The notes beneath the pieces are model-generated. The model worked only from the letters and a program-made list of their open reading frames with translations. It had not been told where the DNA came from and did no database searches. Below are positions 20,746 through 31,804 of a stretch of DNA of 64,000 nt, piece by piece. How positions within the stretch are numbered: the first letter of the stretch is position 1; each line of letters begins with the position of its first letter. Position numbers and translations under genes: made by a program. Source of the stretch: Bacteroidia bacterium (GTDB taxonomy: Bacteria; Bacteroidota; Bacteroidia; UBA4408); assembly GCA_043778625.1 (NCBI GenBank), contig JAYWFU010000104.1, positions 3,216 through 67,215 of the forward strand, read 5' to 3'.

Positions 20746-22860
20746 TTAAACTTTCTCAGTTTTTCCTTTTGATTTTGCGATTACATCATCAGCGACGTTA
20801 CGGGGAGCCTCAGCATAGTGTGAGAATTCCATTGAAGATGTAGCTCTACCAGAGGTAATTGTACGTAATGTTGTTACATAACCAAACATTTCAGATAATG
20901 GAACCTTAGCTTTAACCACTTGGTTATTACCTTTAGAATCCATACCATCCAATTGACCACGGCGTTTATTTAAATCGCCTACAACATCACCCATATTTTG
21001 ATCTGGGGTTACTACTTCAATTTTCATTATTGGCTCTAACAACACCGGATTGGCTTTCGGCAAAGCTTCGCGGAATGCTGTTTTTGCAGCTATTTCGAAT
21101 GATAGTGAATCTGAATCGACAGCATGATAAGATCCATCAATAAGGACAATTTTTAAAGAGTCCATAGGATAGCCAGCTAATACACCATTAACCATGGCAG
21201 CTTTAAATCCTTTTTCTACTGAAGGAATAAATTCTCGAGGAATATTACCACCCTTTACTTCGTTAACAAATTGTAATGGACTTTTTTCAATGTCCCAATC
21301 TTTGTCAACTGGTGATACGGTAAACTGAATATCAGCAAACTTACCGCGACCACCTGATTGTTTTTTGTATACTTCACGGTGGTTTAATGTACCGTTAATA
21401 CTTTCTTTGTAAGATACTTGAGGTGCACCTTGATTGATTTCTACCTTAAACTCACGACGTAAACGGTCAACAATGATCTCTAAGTGAAGTTCACCCATAC
21501 CACTAATGATTGTTTGTCCTGAATCTTCATCCGTTTTAACACGGAATGTAGGATCTTCCTCAGCTAATTTACCTAAAGCCATTCCTAATCTATCTAAGTC
21601 AGCTTGAGTTTTAGGCTCAATAGCTACTCCAATAACTGGTTCAGGAAAGTTCATTGCTTCCAATACTATTGGATTACCTTCATGGCATAAAGTATCACCA
21701 GTTTTGATGTCTTTAAATCCAACCGCTGCTCCAATATCACCTGCTTCAATAAATTCAATTGAATTTTGTTTGTTAGCATGCATTTGGAATATACGTGAAA
21801 TACGCTCTTTGTTTCCTGTGCGTGAATTTAATATATAAGAACCAGCATCTAAACGTCCTGAGTAAACACGGAAGAAGCATAAACGACCTACAAATGGATC
21901 AGTTGCTATTTTAAATGCTAATGCAGTAAATGGCTCTTTGACATCTGGCTTGCGTATAATTTCAGCTTCAGTATCAGGGTGAGTACCTATTATACTTTCT
22001 TTATCAAGTGGGCTAGGCATTAATTCCATTACTAAATCCAACATTGTTTGTACACCTTTATTTTTAAAAGATGAACCACATACCATTGGCACAATTTTGT
22101 TAGCAATACAAGCTTTACGCAATGCAGCTAAAACTTCAGCTTCAGTAATTGAATCAGGATTATCAAAGAACTTCTCCATAATTTGATCATCAAATTCGGA
22201 AACTGCCTCTAACATTTTTTCTCTCCACTCAGTAGCTTCTTCCAACATATCAGCGGGAATTGGCACTACTTCGTAAGTCATACCTTTATCAGTTTCGTTC
22301 CAAACCATTCCACGGAAGTTGATTAAATCAACTACTCCTTTAAATGTTTCTTCGGCACCGATTGGTAATTGTAACGGTATAGCATTACCTCCTAAAACTT
22401 CGCGTACATCTTTAACAACTGATAAAAAATCAGCTCCAGAACGATCCATTTTATTGACGAAACCTATACGAGATACACCGTAATTATCAGCTAAGCGCCA
22501 GTTAGTTTCTGATTGAGGCTCAACACCATCAACGGCAGAAAATAAGAACACTAAGCCATCTAATACACGTAATGAACGATTTACCTCAACAGTAAAATCT
22601 ACGTGACCTGGTGTATCAATAATATTAATTTTATATTTGTTATTGCGATAATCCCAAAAACAAGTTGTAGCTGCAGAAGTAATTGTTATTCCACGCTCTT
22701 GCTCTTGAACCATCCAATCCATAGTAGCTGCACCATCATGTACCTCTCCTATTTTATGGTTAACTCCTGTGTAGTATAAAATACGCTCAGTAGTTGTAGT
22801 TTTACCCGCATCGATATGCGCTGCAATACCTATGTTTCTAGTATATAATAAATCTGACAT
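20746..22860 (-). CDS. fusA: elongation factor G
   Basis: 704 aa; GTPase motifs [17 protein letters not shown]. Confidence 0.97.
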   Translation of the reverse strand: MSDLLYTRNIGIAAHIDAGKTTTTERILYYTGVNHKIGEVHDGAATMDWMVQEQERGITITSAATTCFWDYRNNKYKINIIDTPGHVDFTVEVNRSLRVLDGLVFLFSAVDGVEPQSETNWRLADNYGVSRIGFVNKMDRSGADFLSVVKDVREVLGGNAIPLQLPIGAEETFKGVVDLINFRGMVWNETDKGMTYEVVPIPADMLEEATEWREKMLEAVSEFDDQIMEKFFDNPDSITEAEVLAALRKACIANKIVPMVCGSSFKNKGVQTMLDLVMELMPSPLDKESIIGTHPDTEAEIIRKPDVKEPFTALAFKIATDPFVGRLCFFRVYSGRLDAGSYILNSRTGNKERISRIFQMHANKQNSIEFIEAGDIGAAVGFKDIKTGDTLCHEGNPIVLEAMNFPEPVIGVAIEPKTQADLDRLGMALGKLAEEDPTFRVKTDEDSGQTIISGMGELHLEIIVDRLRREFKVEINQGAPQVSYKESINGTLNHREVYKKQSGGRGKFADIQFTVSPVDKDWDIEKSPLQFVNEVKGGNIPREFIPSVEKGFKAAMVNGVLAGYPMDSLKIVLIDGSYHAVDSDSLSFEIAAKTAFREALPKANPVLLEPIMKIEVVTPDQNMGDVVGDLNKRRGQLDGMDSKGNNQVVKAKVPLSEMFGYVTTLRTITSGRATSSMEFSHYAEAPRNVADDVIAKSKGKTEKV

Positions 22861-22884
22861 TGTTTATCTTTTTTTTATATTAAA

Positions 22885-23352
22885 TTAGAAACGGAAATGA
22901 GAGAATGCTTTGTTAGCCTCTGCCATACGATGTGTATCTTCTTTCTTTTTGTAAGCTGCTCCCTCTTCTTTTGAAGCAGCTACAATTTCGTTAGCCAATT
23001 TAGCTGACATTGATTTATCGTTACGACGGCGTGAAAAAGTTATTAACCACTTCATACCTAATGCTAACTTACGATCAGGGCGAACCTCTATTGGGATTTG
23101 AAAGTTAGCTCCACCTACACGGCGGCTTTTTACTTCAACTGAAGGAGATACGTTTTCGATTGCTTTTTTAAACACATCTAAACCATTCAACTCCGTTTTT
23201 TTAGCTGCTATATCAACTGCATCATAAAACACTTTGTAAGCGGTAGATTTTTTACCTCCGTACATTAAGTTGTTTACAAACTTTGCAACCATTACATCAT
23301 TAAACTTTGGATCAGGCAATACAAGGCGTTTTTTCGCTTTTGCTTTTCTCAT
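22885..23352 (-). CDS. rpsG: 30S ribosomal protein S7
   Basis: 155 aa; canonical S7. Confidence 0.95.
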   Translation of the reverse strand: MRKAKAKKRLVLPDPKFNDVMVAKFVNNLMYGGKKSTAYKVFYDAVDIAAKKTELNGLDVFKKAIENVSPSVEVKSRRVGGANFQIPIEVRPDRKLALGMKWLITFSRRRNDKSMSAKLANEIVAASKEEGAAYKKKEDTHRMAEANKAFSHFRF

Positions 23353-23385
23353 AATTATATACTTTTATTAATTGTAGTGTTACGA

Positions 23386-23793
23386 TTATTTCTTTTTCTT
23401 AGCTGGAGCTGCAGCAGCACCCGCTTTAGGTTTTTTAGTTCCGTATTTAGAACGACGTTGATTACGTCCATCAACTCCCGAAGTATCCAAAGCACCACGT
23501 ACTACGTGATACTTAACACCTGGTAAGTCTTTAACACGACCTCCACGAACAAGTACAATTGAGTGTTCTTGTAAATTATGCCCTTCTCCTGGTATGTAAG
23601 CAGACACTACTGTACTGTTTGTTAAACGTACACGAGCTACTTTACGCATTGCAGAATTAGGTTTTTTTGGAGTTGTAGTGTACACACGTACACATACACC
23701 TCTGCGTTGCGGGCATGCATTTAATGCAGCGGCCTTTTTTCTGTAAGTTTTGTCGGTTCTACCCGTTCTTACTAGTTGCGAAATTGTAGGCAT
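23386..23793 (-). CDS. rpsL: 30S ribosomal protein S12
   Basis: 135 aa; canonical S12 (MPTISQLVR...). First gene of the superoperon. Confidence 0.95.
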   Translation of the reverse strand: MPTISQLVRTGRTDKTYRKKAAALNACPQRRGVCVRVYTTTPKKPNSAMRKVARVRLTNSTVVSAYIPGEGHNLQEHSIVLVRGGRVKDLPGVKYHVVRGALDTSGVDGRNQRRSKYGTKKPKAGAAAAPAKKKK

Positions 23794-23880
23794 TTCTTAA
23801 TTTTAGATTGTTTGTTGTTATCTCTATTCTGTATAATCATGCAAAAGTAATATTCTTATTGGAATAACAATACTCTGCTA

Positions 23881-23888
23881 CAAATTTA
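23881..23888 (-). promoter_or_regulatory. candidate Bacteroidetes-type -7 promoter box (TAAATTTG = TAnnTTTG) upstream of rpsL
   Basis: Minus-strand TAAATTTG ~90 nt upstream of the rpsL start, inside a 350 bp AT-rich leader. No clear -33 TTG found. Confidence 0.3.
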
Positions 23889-24149
23889 TTAGCTTTTTAA
23901 AGTCTATTGTTAATAACTTTTGAATTATTTCGGCGACAGTTTTACTCTCCGCTTTGGTTAGCGTTATTGTTTATGGTTTCATTTTTATTCGTTGAGTAAC
24001 TTTATAACCTTGTAGAGGTTGATGCATTATTTTTTAATTTAATTAAAATATGCTACAATTGTGTTATAAGTTCGCTAGAGATAAATTAATGTTTTTTTTT
24101 GCAGTACCGATTTATGTTTATTACCAAGTAATGCTCTTGTTGTTTTTAT

Positions 24150-24989
24150 CTAAACGGTTACTGCTTTTAGTGATAAGTCTAAACTTTTTACGCTATGGGT
24201 GATCCCACCTACTGATATGTAATTAACCCCTGTGCGTGCGTAGGCATTAATAGTTGCTTCGGTTATGCCTCCACTTACTTCTGTAACAAACCTATTATTT
24301 ATTAGTAATAATGCTTGGCTAACATCCTCCACACTAAAGTTGTCTAACATTATGCGTTGCACGTTGCCTGTGGCTAGCACTTGTTGTACTTCGGCTATGT
24401 TGCGAGTTTCTATTTCTATTGGTAACTGTAAGTTATTATCCAGTAGGTATTTATTAGTTTTTACTATGGCTTGGGCTATTCCGCCAGCATAATCAACATG
24501 GTTGTCTTTAAGCATTATCATATCATACAACCCAAAACGGTGGTTATGCCCCCCTCCTATTAGCACCGCTTGTTTTTCGAGCATACGCATGTTGGGGGTA
24601 GTTTTGCGGGTATCAAGTAATTTACAATTTGTATCTTTTATTAATTGTACAAAATAGTTAGTGCGAGTAGCTATGCCACTCATGCGTTGCATTATATTAA
24701 GCACTAAGCGTTCGGCTTTGAGTATGCTTTGCGCGCTACCTTGCACATAAAAAGCTACATCGCCATATTTTACAATAGCCCCATCGTTTAACAATATTTC
24801 TAGTTGCAATTTATCGTCCACCAACTTAAATACTTGTAATGCTATATCAACTCCGGCTAGTATGCCATTATCTTTTACTAAAAGTTTGGCTTTATTGGTG
24901 GTGTCATTAGGCACGCAAGCGAGTGATGAATGGTCGCCTGTGCCTACATCTTCAAGTAATGCTTCAGTTAAAAATTCTGTTACTGTCAT
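24150..24989 (-). CDS. nadC: nicotinate-nucleotide (quinolinate) phosphoribosyltransferase
   Basis: 279 aa; typical NadC length and TIM-barrel motifs. Confidence 0.85.
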   Translation of the reverse strand: MTVTEFLTEALLEDVGTGDHSSLACVPNDTTNKAKLLVKDNGILAGVDIALQVFKLVDDKLQLEILLNDGAIVKYGDVAFYVQGSAQSILKAERLVLNIMQRMSGIATRTNYFVQLIKDTNCKLLDTRKTTPNMRMLEKQAVLIGGGHNHRFGLYDMIMLKDNHVDYAGGIAQAIVKTNKYLLDNNLQLPIEIETRNIAEVQQVLATGNVQRIMLDNFSVEDVSQALLLINNRFVTEVSGGITEATINAYARTGVNYISVGGITHSVKSLDLSLKAVTV

Positions 24990-25002
24990 AGTAAATTATA
25001 TA

Positions 25003-26319
25003 TTATTGTTGTGCTTGCTGCAATGTATGTTCAAATACTTGTCGCCAATTTTTCCAAATAGCATTTTCGCTTAATGTTTCGTTGTGCCAAAGGCTTATAA
25101 ACGTACCATTAACGGCTTTAGTTTCTTGTATGAGTTGGGTTATCACTTTTTGAGCTTCGACAATTGGTAGTTTTTGATACAAATGCAGTGTTGCGTCCAT
25201 AACCTGAAACGGATGAATACATAGTTTTGTTTCGGACTCCAAATCTAAATCATAAAACAAAAATGGTGTACAAGTACCCGCTCTAAACCCCGTTTGCTGG
25301 GCAAAACCCATTGAATAATCATTTTGAATATCCACCTGCAATAGTTTGCGGTAGGTTTCGGGAAATTGTAGTTTTAAAAAATGTTGGCGGCTCATGGTTA
25401 AATCGCGATGAGTTACTTTTTCGAGCGATTGTTTTTCGCGTAACAGATAGCGTTCGGCTGTATTGCTTGCATACGAGGGGTGTAAGCCTATTTGCGACAC
25501 ATCGGCAATGGATTTAATGAGCGATTGAAACGATTTGTTTTTAATGGATAAATTGGTATCGTACTTGCTGTATTGCCCCACCAAAAAAAAGAAAATAACT
25601 TTGGTACTATATTTTTGATGTTGCGTATGAATGTAATTGTAAGTATTGTAAGGATCGTTGGTAAGTTTGGCAAACACTTTAAAACGCTCAGTAAGTTGCT
25701 TTAAATCAAGCCGTACAATATTACGTACAAGCGAAAGTGCGCTACGTATTAGGCCCTTGTGTAAGTAAGCGTAGGCATTGTCAATATCAATGGTAGAAAT
25801 GTATTGATAGCTTCGTTTTTTGATTACTAACGTGGGAAATGCTGTGGTTAATACACTTTGTAATTGGAGTATCCATCTATCTACCACAGCTAATTGCAAA
25901 AAATTATGTTGATAAGCTAATGTGTTTTGTGGGTGAAATCTATCGTGATTATCTCTAATGGTAGGTAAATACTCCTCATACCTACTTATCATATAAAATA
26001 CTGCCGAAAATATATCATAAGGTAACGCCGCATTAACTGAAGTGCTAAAAAATACAGGTGTTTGCAGGTGCTGAAATACCTTAATAGACTGCTCATTAAT
26101 TCCAGTTTCTTTGAGTAATCCGTTAGGGAACACTATTATTTCGTTAGTAACGGTTGATGGTGTACGCGAATAATTGAGTTTGGCTATTACCGAGGAGGAT
26201 TCGTTATAGTCGTTGATGTTGGTGGTAGTAGTATATTGAATGCCTAAAAAATCGTTAAAAATAAAATTTAATGTATACCGCAATCGGTTAGTACTGTATG
26301 GAGTGTATATTAATAACAT
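25003..26319 (-). CDS. conserved hypothetical protein, possibly polysaccharide deacetylase family
   Basis: 438 aa; N-terminus MLLIYTPYSTNRLRYTLNFIF resembles a Bacteroidetes family usually annotated polysaccharide deacetylase-like; recognised from memory only. Confidence 0.4.
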   Translation of the reverse strand: MLLIYTPYSTNRLRYTLNFIFNDFLGIQYTTTTNINDYNESSSVIAKLNYSRTPSTVTNEIIVFPNGLLKETGINEQSIKVFQHLQTPVFFSTSVNAALPYDIFSAVFYMISRYEEYLPTIRDNHDRFHPQNTLAYQHNFLQLAVVDRWILQLQSVLTTAFPTLVIKKRSYQYISTIDIDNAYAYLHKGLIRSALSLVRNIVRLDLKQLTERFKVFAKLTNDPYNTYNYIHTQHQKYSTKVIFFFLVGQYSKYDTNLSIKNKSFQSLIKSIADVSQIGLHPSYASNTAERYLLREKQSLEKVTHRDLTMSRQHFLKLQFPETYRKLLQVDIQNDYSMGFAQQTGFRAGTCTPFLFYDLDLESETKLCIHPFQVMDATLHLYQKLPIVEAQKVITQLIQETKAVNGTFISLWHNETLSENAIWKNWRQVFEHTLQQAQQ

Positions 26320-26414
26320 TGCGTTATAGATTATTATAATTCAAAAACAAAAATAGCTAATATTATTTTTACGGAGATGTATTTTGTCAATTTTTAAAAC
26401 AGTTTTTTTTTAAT

Positions 26415-26450
26415 AAAAAAAGCCCTAACAATTATGTTAGGGCTTTTTTT
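26415..26450 (-). terminator. rho-independent terminator (bidirectional)
   Basis: Hairpin AGCCCTAACA-ATTATG-TTAGGGCT flanked by A6 and T7 runs. Downstream of minus-strand gene 26477-27475. Confidence 0.7.
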
Positions 26451-26476
26451 GTTTAGGAATTAAATTATACTACTAA

Positions 26477-27475
26477 TTACTTAGCTACCGTAAAACGTAC
26501 TGGTGTAGTGTTTCCTACGCGTACTATGTAATTACCATTAGCTAAGTTAGCTATGTTAATGGTATGATTTGTAGCACTTACTTGCTCAGTTAATACTACT
26601 GCGCCTAGAGTATTGTAGACGTTAACTACTGCTCCAGCTTCAACATTACCTAAAGTAATAAAGCTAGTGGCGGGATTAGGGTATAAAGTACTTGTAGTTG
26701 TAGTTGTAGTTACACTTTTAACTCCAACTGTACCATTTTCGACTACTAAAAACTCATCTAAAGCTAAACCATTCATATCATTAGCGTTATGATTTACAAA
26801 TAAATAAGTTATTGCATTGTTAAATGTAGCTGGAATAACCACTGATTTTTTGTACCATTTTTTAAAATTAGAAGTGGTATCACCTTTCGTTGAGTTAGCT
26901 GCAGTAGTATCATTATCCATAATAGTTTTTAATGTAACGCGAGTTGATGCGGCATAATTGTTAGCAGAATCAGGTTTAACATTGCTAGCATATACTACAT
27001 AACCATCACGGAAATCTTTATCAAAATAAGTATGTTTCCAGCTGAATGTAGCACCATTAACGGGCATTTTTAATGCTCCAAAACCTAAATAGTTGTTAGC
27101 TGCTGCTGGACTTGCGTAGTAAGAACTAGCTAGAGCAAATACATTAGTATCGCCAGGAGCTCGTACTACTTGAAAAAAGCCAAAACCAGGCGTACTTTTA
27201 ATTGATCCTGCATTCATAGCCGCTTTGTTAACAGTACCTACAACTAAGCCAAAACCAGGTTGAACTGCCGTAGGCGATATCTTTGGTGATTTTTCAATAT
27301 TATAGAAAAATACAGTATCACCAACTGCTGCTGTGCGTGCTGCCAATAAATTGTTTGATATTAACGAAGCTTCTTTTGCTAAGTTAACTGTTGTTGAAGT
27401 AGTACGTGCATTTTGTGCGTTTGCTACTGTTGCAAGTGCTAGTAAGCTTGCTGCCATTGTGTAAATTTTTTTCAT
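26477..27475 (-). CDS. secreted protein with T9SS C-terminal sorting domain
   Basis: Signal peptide. C-terminal LYPNPATSFITL...GNYIVRV CTD motif typical of Por/T9SS cargo. Confidence 0.7.
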   Translation of the reverse strand: MKKIYTMAASLLALATVANAQNARTTSTTVNLAKEASLISNNLLAARTAAVGDTVFFYNIEKSPKISPTAVQPGFGLVVGTVNKAAMNAGSIKSTPGFGFFQVVRAPGDTNVFALASSYYASPAAANNYLGFGALKMPVNGATFSWKHTYFDKDFRDGYVVYASNVKPDSANNYAASTRVTLKTIMDNDTTAANSTKGDTTSNFKKWYKKSVVIPATFNNAITYLFVNHNANDMNGLALDEFLVVENGTVGVKSVTTTTTTSTLYPNPATSFITLGNVEAGAVVNVYNTLGAVVLTEQVSATNHTINIANLANGNYIVRVGNTTPVRFTVAK

Positions 27476-27550
27476 TTTTTTGTTTTTGGTTTTAATTGAT
27501 TGTTGATTAATTGTTATTTGGCTATTTTTAAAATTACTTTAATTTTTATA

Positions 27551-27580
27551 GAAAAGCCCTAACATGATGATAGGGCTTTA
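27551..27580 (-). terminator. putative terminator hairpin
   Basis: AGCCCTA-ACATGATGA-TAGGGCT hairpin downstream of gene 27602-29275. Weak U-tract. Confidence 0.45.
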
Positions 27581-27601
27581 ATAATATAAGTTAATTGAAA
27601 A

Positions 27602-29275
27602 TTATTGTATTGTAATTTTTTTAGTGATAATTTCGTTAGCAGTGGCAACTTTTACTAAATATGAACCTCTAACAAATATAGACAAATCTACTGTATTAAT
27701 TCCTTTAATTACATTAGTAGTAGTATATATTTTTTCGCCTACTAAGTTATATACTTCAATTGAAGCCGCTGTGTTAACTGTATTAACTGTAAATAAGCCA
27801 TTATTAGGGTTAGGATAAATAACAAAAGTAGCTCTTGTATTTTCCTTAACATCTACTAAGCCCAATTTCATTATTTTGATATCATCAACACGTACATTAA
27901 CTCCTACCGTAGCAGAGTTAGTACCTTTACCTCCAATAGCAAAATAACGAGTTTCAGTAGCTGTAGCTACATAATCAACCGAATCTTTAATCCAAGTGCT
28001 TGCAGGAGTAATTGCTGAGTATGCTTTTAAAACGGTAGTCATTGCTGCAGCTGTGTTAGTTGTACCAGTTAATATAGCTGACTGCCCTACTGAGTTACTA
28101 CGTTTCCAGTAAGATACACGGTAAGTTTCGCCTGCTGTTACATCAACGCATGGGGTTATTGCCACAGCTTGGTAAGTACCCACTGGGAATCCTGCTCCAG
28201 TATTACCTATTGTATAAAATAGTGCTTGAGCACCTGCATGAAAAGTTAATGTAGATGGACCAAAACCAACATTTAAAGGACTAGATGCTACTACTGCACG
28301 CGTTAAACTTGCGTAGTCATAAGCTGACTCTATACCATTAGTATACACTGTTGATGTTAATGCTACAGGTATTGAATTAGTAAATGCTAATTTAGCAGTA
28401 TCGTTACTCATATCAATATCGCTAGTGTCAGATACATAAGCAAGGATGCTATAAACGTTTTGCGCTGAAAAATTAAATGGTACTAAACAGAATACAAAAG
28501 AAGAATCACCTGGCGCAATTGGACCTAGTAAACCTACTGATGTTGATGAAACAACAGTTCCATTTACACTAAATGTAAGTTGGCTTGTACTATCAGCTAC
28601 ATTACCTAAATTTTTAACCAATGCAAATAAAGTATCTTGACCATAATTACACACGCTTAGTGCTGTTAAATGTAACGGTTGTACAAATTTCACATCTAAA
28701 TTTTTAAGTATAGCTCCTACTGGATAAATTACAAAAGAGCCATTTACATTAGCATGAGCTGTAAATCCATCTCCTTGTGCAAAGAATGTAGTAGATTTAT
28801 TACCTGTAATACTTGGTGCAATAGTTACATTAACTGTAAAGCCAATTCCTGTTGAAGAAAAAATACCCCCATATTGATCTGTACCCGTTTTACCCCAAGA
28901 GATAACCTGACCAGCTACACCATTAAATTTTTCTTTTCCGCCTCCTGCATCTTGTGTATTAGGAAAACTATCTGAAGGAGTTACGCTATTTGGAGTAATT
29001 CCTGCTGGAAAAGTTATTGCTAATGAATCTACATATTCTAAATCTGTATTTAAAGTAGTATACGTAAAATTTAAATTCATTGTAGTACCTGCAGTATACT
29101 GCGTATTACAAACTATAGTAGCTGATGCTGCTTGAGTTGAATTAGTACCTCCAATTAATCTTTCGGCACTAATTACAGTTCTTGTTTTTAATGGATTTGC
29201 AATTTTAAAAGTTGTTTGTGCATTTACCATCAAACTAACTAAGGCTACGCCTACTGTTAAGTAAATTTTTTTCAT
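27602..29275 (-). CDS. secreted protein with T9SS C-terminal sorting domain
   Basis: 557 aa; signal peptide; C-terminal VIYPNPNNGLFTV...GSYLVKVATANEIITKKITIQ. Confidence 0.7.
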   Translation of the reverse strand: MKKIYLTVGVALVSLMVNAQTTFKIANPLKTRTVISAERLIGGTNSTQAASATIVCNTQYTAGTTMNLNFTYTTLNTDLEYVDSLAITFPAGITPNSVTPSDSFPNTQDAGGGKEKFNGVAGQVISWGKTGTDQYGGIFSSTGIGFTVNVTIAPSITGNKSTTFFAQGDGFTAHANVNGSFVIYPVGAILKNLDVKFVQPLHLTALSVCNYGQDTLFALVKNLGNVADSTSQLTFSVNGTVVSSTSVGLLGPIAPGDSSFVFCLVPFNFSAQNVYSILAYVSDTSDIDMSNDTAKLAFTNSIPVALTSTVYTNGIESAYDYASLTRAVVASSPLNVGFGPSTLTFHAGAQALFYTIGNTGAGFPVGTYQAVAITPCVDVTAGETYRVSYWKRSNSVGQSAILTGTTNTAAAMTTVLKAYSAITPASTWIKDSVDYVATATETRYFAIGGKGTNSATVGVNVRVDDIKIMKLGLVDVKENTRATFVIYPNPNNGLFTVNTVNTAASIEVYNLVGEKIYTTTNVIKGINTVDLSIFVRGSYLVKVATANEIITKKITIQ

Positions 29276-29311
29276 TTCTGTTTGTGATTTGTTATTAATT
29301 GTTTATTTACT

Positions 29312-30481
29312 CTAGTTTTTAATTACTTTTTTAGTTATAATTTCATTGTCTTTTACAATAGTTACAACATACATACCTTTAGCAAGGTCAGCTATATTAA
29401 TAGTGTTAGTGTAAGTATTAATAGTTTTAACCACTTGCCCTAATGTGTTAGTAATGGTTATACCAGCATTATTAGCTCCTGTAATAGTAAGTAAGTCATT
29501 GGCTGGGTTAGGGTAAACTACTACTGCATTAACATTGTTAGTAACTATGGATGTTGGATTGTTTGCTTCACGAAATAAAATATCATCAAAGAAAACAATA
29601 TCTTGCTGTGTAGCATTGTGGTGTATTGCCACATAAACATCAGTACCACGGTATGCGGTTAAATTAATTGAACGAGAATACATTTTAGCTTTATCAAACG
29701 TAAATGTATAAGGCGTTGCAGGTGTAACTACTGGCTCGGCTAATTCGTCAGTACTGTCAGCGTAGGCTTTTAATATAACCGATGACATTAAAGTAGATTG
29801 TTTAAATCCATTAAAATTATTAGCCACAACATAAGCACTATCATTTAATGTATTGAGCTGCAAACCATTATAATTATTATATTTAGTAGGGAATGAGTAA
29901 TTATTTTTAGCATCTAACTTGCTTGCTTCAACCATGCGTATTTCAAAACCATCACGGCGTACATTATTGGTAAATCCAAACAAAAACTTACAGGTCATAG
30001 CACTTGCAGGCACCGTTATAGGCCCTACTAACATCCAGTTATCTGCTGTTTGACTTGTTACACCTGGAGGATAATTAGATGATGCGGCTAACACTGTATT
30101 ATTATTGTCGTTTGTATTAACAAGTGTATTAAACGAATTAGCTAAACCTAAACTTACCGCATATTGCGTTTGCGCATTGTTATAGCTTTGATAAAAATAG
30201 TGTATCTTTTTAACGTTAGGTATTTTAACGCTGTCTTTTACAATAGTAATAATAGTATCTCCAGTAGCTCCTGAGGCAATTTTAGCGGCTTTGTAGGTAG
30301 CCGTAATTTTAATCATTGTATCGGCACCTGTATACATAGCGTATGCTGTAGGTTTGGTAGGTTGCTTAAAACCAGGGAATTGCAAATAAGCAATAGTATC
30401 ATTAGTTGCTACTGCTTGTGGGCTTTGCCCTTGTGCCGCTATTGAAAGTGTAGATAAAGCAAAAAGTAAAATTTTGTTCAT
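29312..30481 (-). CDS. secreted protein with T9SS C-terminal sorting domain
   Basis: 389 aa; signal peptide; C-terminal VVYPNPANDLLTI...GMYVVTIVKDNEIITKKVIKN. Confidence 0.7.
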   Translation of the reverse strand: MNKILLFALSTLSIAAQGQSPQAVATNDTIAYLQFPGFKQPTKPTAYAMYTGADTMIKITATYKAAKIASGATGDTIITIVKDSVKIPNVKKIHYFYQSYNNAQTQYAVSLGLANSFNTLVNTNDNNNTVLAASSNYPPGVTSQTADNWMLVGPITVPASAMTCKFLFGFTNNVRRDGFEIRMVEASKLDAKNNYSFPTKYNNYNGLQLNTLNDSAYVVANNFNGFKQSTLMSSVILKAYADSTDELAEPVVTPATPYTFTFDKAKMYSRSINLTAYRGTDVYVAIHHNATQQDIVFFDDILFREANNPTSIVTNNVNAVVVYPNPANDLLTITGANNAGITITNTLGQVVKTINTYTNTINIADLAKGMYVVTIVKDNEIITKKVIKN

Positions 30482-30637
30482 AATTGTAAATTTAATGTTA
30501 ACGTATTAATTTGAATAATGTTTACTAATAATTTGTTTCAAATATACAAAATAGATACACCTAAAAAAATATTTTAATAAAAAAAACTGACCACTTATTA
30601 ACTTTTTTAGCACAAACTTAGCTTGCCGCACTAATTT

Positions 30638-31804
30638 TTAGTGCGCAGTTAATGTATTAAACTTAGCAATGTACTGTTTTACAAGCGTTGCCCAGTTAAA
30701 TTGTTGCTGCGTTATAAGTATGCTATTATTTTGTTTTTGAAGCAATGTTTCTCCACTAGTAATGAGTGCTTGTAACAGTGTTTGACTTATAGTAGCTACA
30801 TTACAATTAGGCATTAACCAACCGTTGGTGGTACTCACCATAGCATTTACAGCGCCTACATTAGTGGCTATTATGGCATTGCCACTTGCCATGGCTTCGA
30901 GTATAACATTGGGCATACCCTCGGCGTAACTAGGACAAATTAATACGTCGGTAGTGCACAAAAGTTGTTGTAACTGCGAGGCTTGGCTAATGCTACCGTG
31001 ATATATACAATTGCTAAATTTTAAATGTAGCGAAGTGGGTATTGGCCCTACGAAATGAAACTCGCAATTTAATAGTTCGTTTTGCTGTAATTGTTGTATT
31101 GCTTGGTGTAGTTCCTCAATACCCTTGCGGCGTTCGTAGCGGCCAACAAATATTATTTTACGCACCCCATTTACTTGGGTGCGAGGTGGGCTTATCCAAT
31201 CCAAATCAATACCTGTGGGTATGTTAGTAATGTTAGCTAATTTAACCCCTCGCTGTTGTATAATAGTAGTAATATTACCTCCGTAAGATACTACTGCAGT
31301 GGCTTTGCGTAGGTTGTACTTTACTGCAGGACGGAGTAAGTACTGTTTTAGTTTTTCAGTAAATGATGCTGCCCGTTGCCACATTTCTAGCCCATGAAAC
31401 TTAACTACAACGGGTAATATTACGCCCAAGCGTTTTTTATGGGCTAATAAATACCATGCACTAAATCCCTTAGCAAACACTAGGCTTTCGGTAGTTTTGT
31501 GTTGAATAAAATACTCCGTTAATAATTTAGAATATTGGTACGAATAGTACAAGTAATGCCCTATAAACTTTTTTCCTGTAGGGAATTGAAAACAATTAAA
31601 TGTAATAAAGGCTAACTCTTCGGTAGTAAAATAATGGTTATAATTTAATGATTGTTGTTGCTCATCATTCAACACATGATACAGCGTAACTCTTACCTTA
31701 TTTTGTGCTAAGTGTTTAATTAAATTGTACGAATGTTTTTGCATTCCGCCCATTACGTAGGGGTATATACCATCCGTAAAAAAAGCGATGTGTAACGGTT
31801 GCAT
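30638..31804 (-). CDS. glycosyltransferase family 4 (GT1-fold)
   Basis: 388 aa; EGMPNVILEAMASGNAIIATNVG is the E-x7-E GT4 signature. Confidence 0.75.
   Translation of the reverse strand: MQPLHIAFFTDGIYPYVMGGMQKHSYNLIKHLAQNKVRVTLYHVLNDEQQQSLNYNHYFTTEELAFITFNCFQFPTGKKFIGHYLYYSYQYSKLLTEYFIQHKTTESLVFAKGFSAWYLLAHKKRLGVILPVVVKFHGLEMWQRAASFTEKLKQYLLRPAVKYNLRKATAVVSYGGNITTIIQQRGVKLANITNIPTGIDLDWISPPRTQVNGVRKIIFVGRYERRKGIEELHQAIQQLQQNELLNCEFHFVGPIPTSLHLKFSNCIYHGSISQASQLQQLLCTTDVLICPSYAEGMPNVILEAMASGNAIIATNVGAVNAMVSTTNGWLMPNCNVATISQTLLQALITSGETLLQKQNNSILITQQQFNWATLVKQYIAKFNTLTAH

Noticed and set aside
23794-24150. Small ORFs or an RNA gene in the 350 bp AT-rich region between rpsL and nadC
   Set aside because: Nothing with conserved RNA motifs or a credible reading frame. 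Most consistent with a long promoter/leader region for the str operon.
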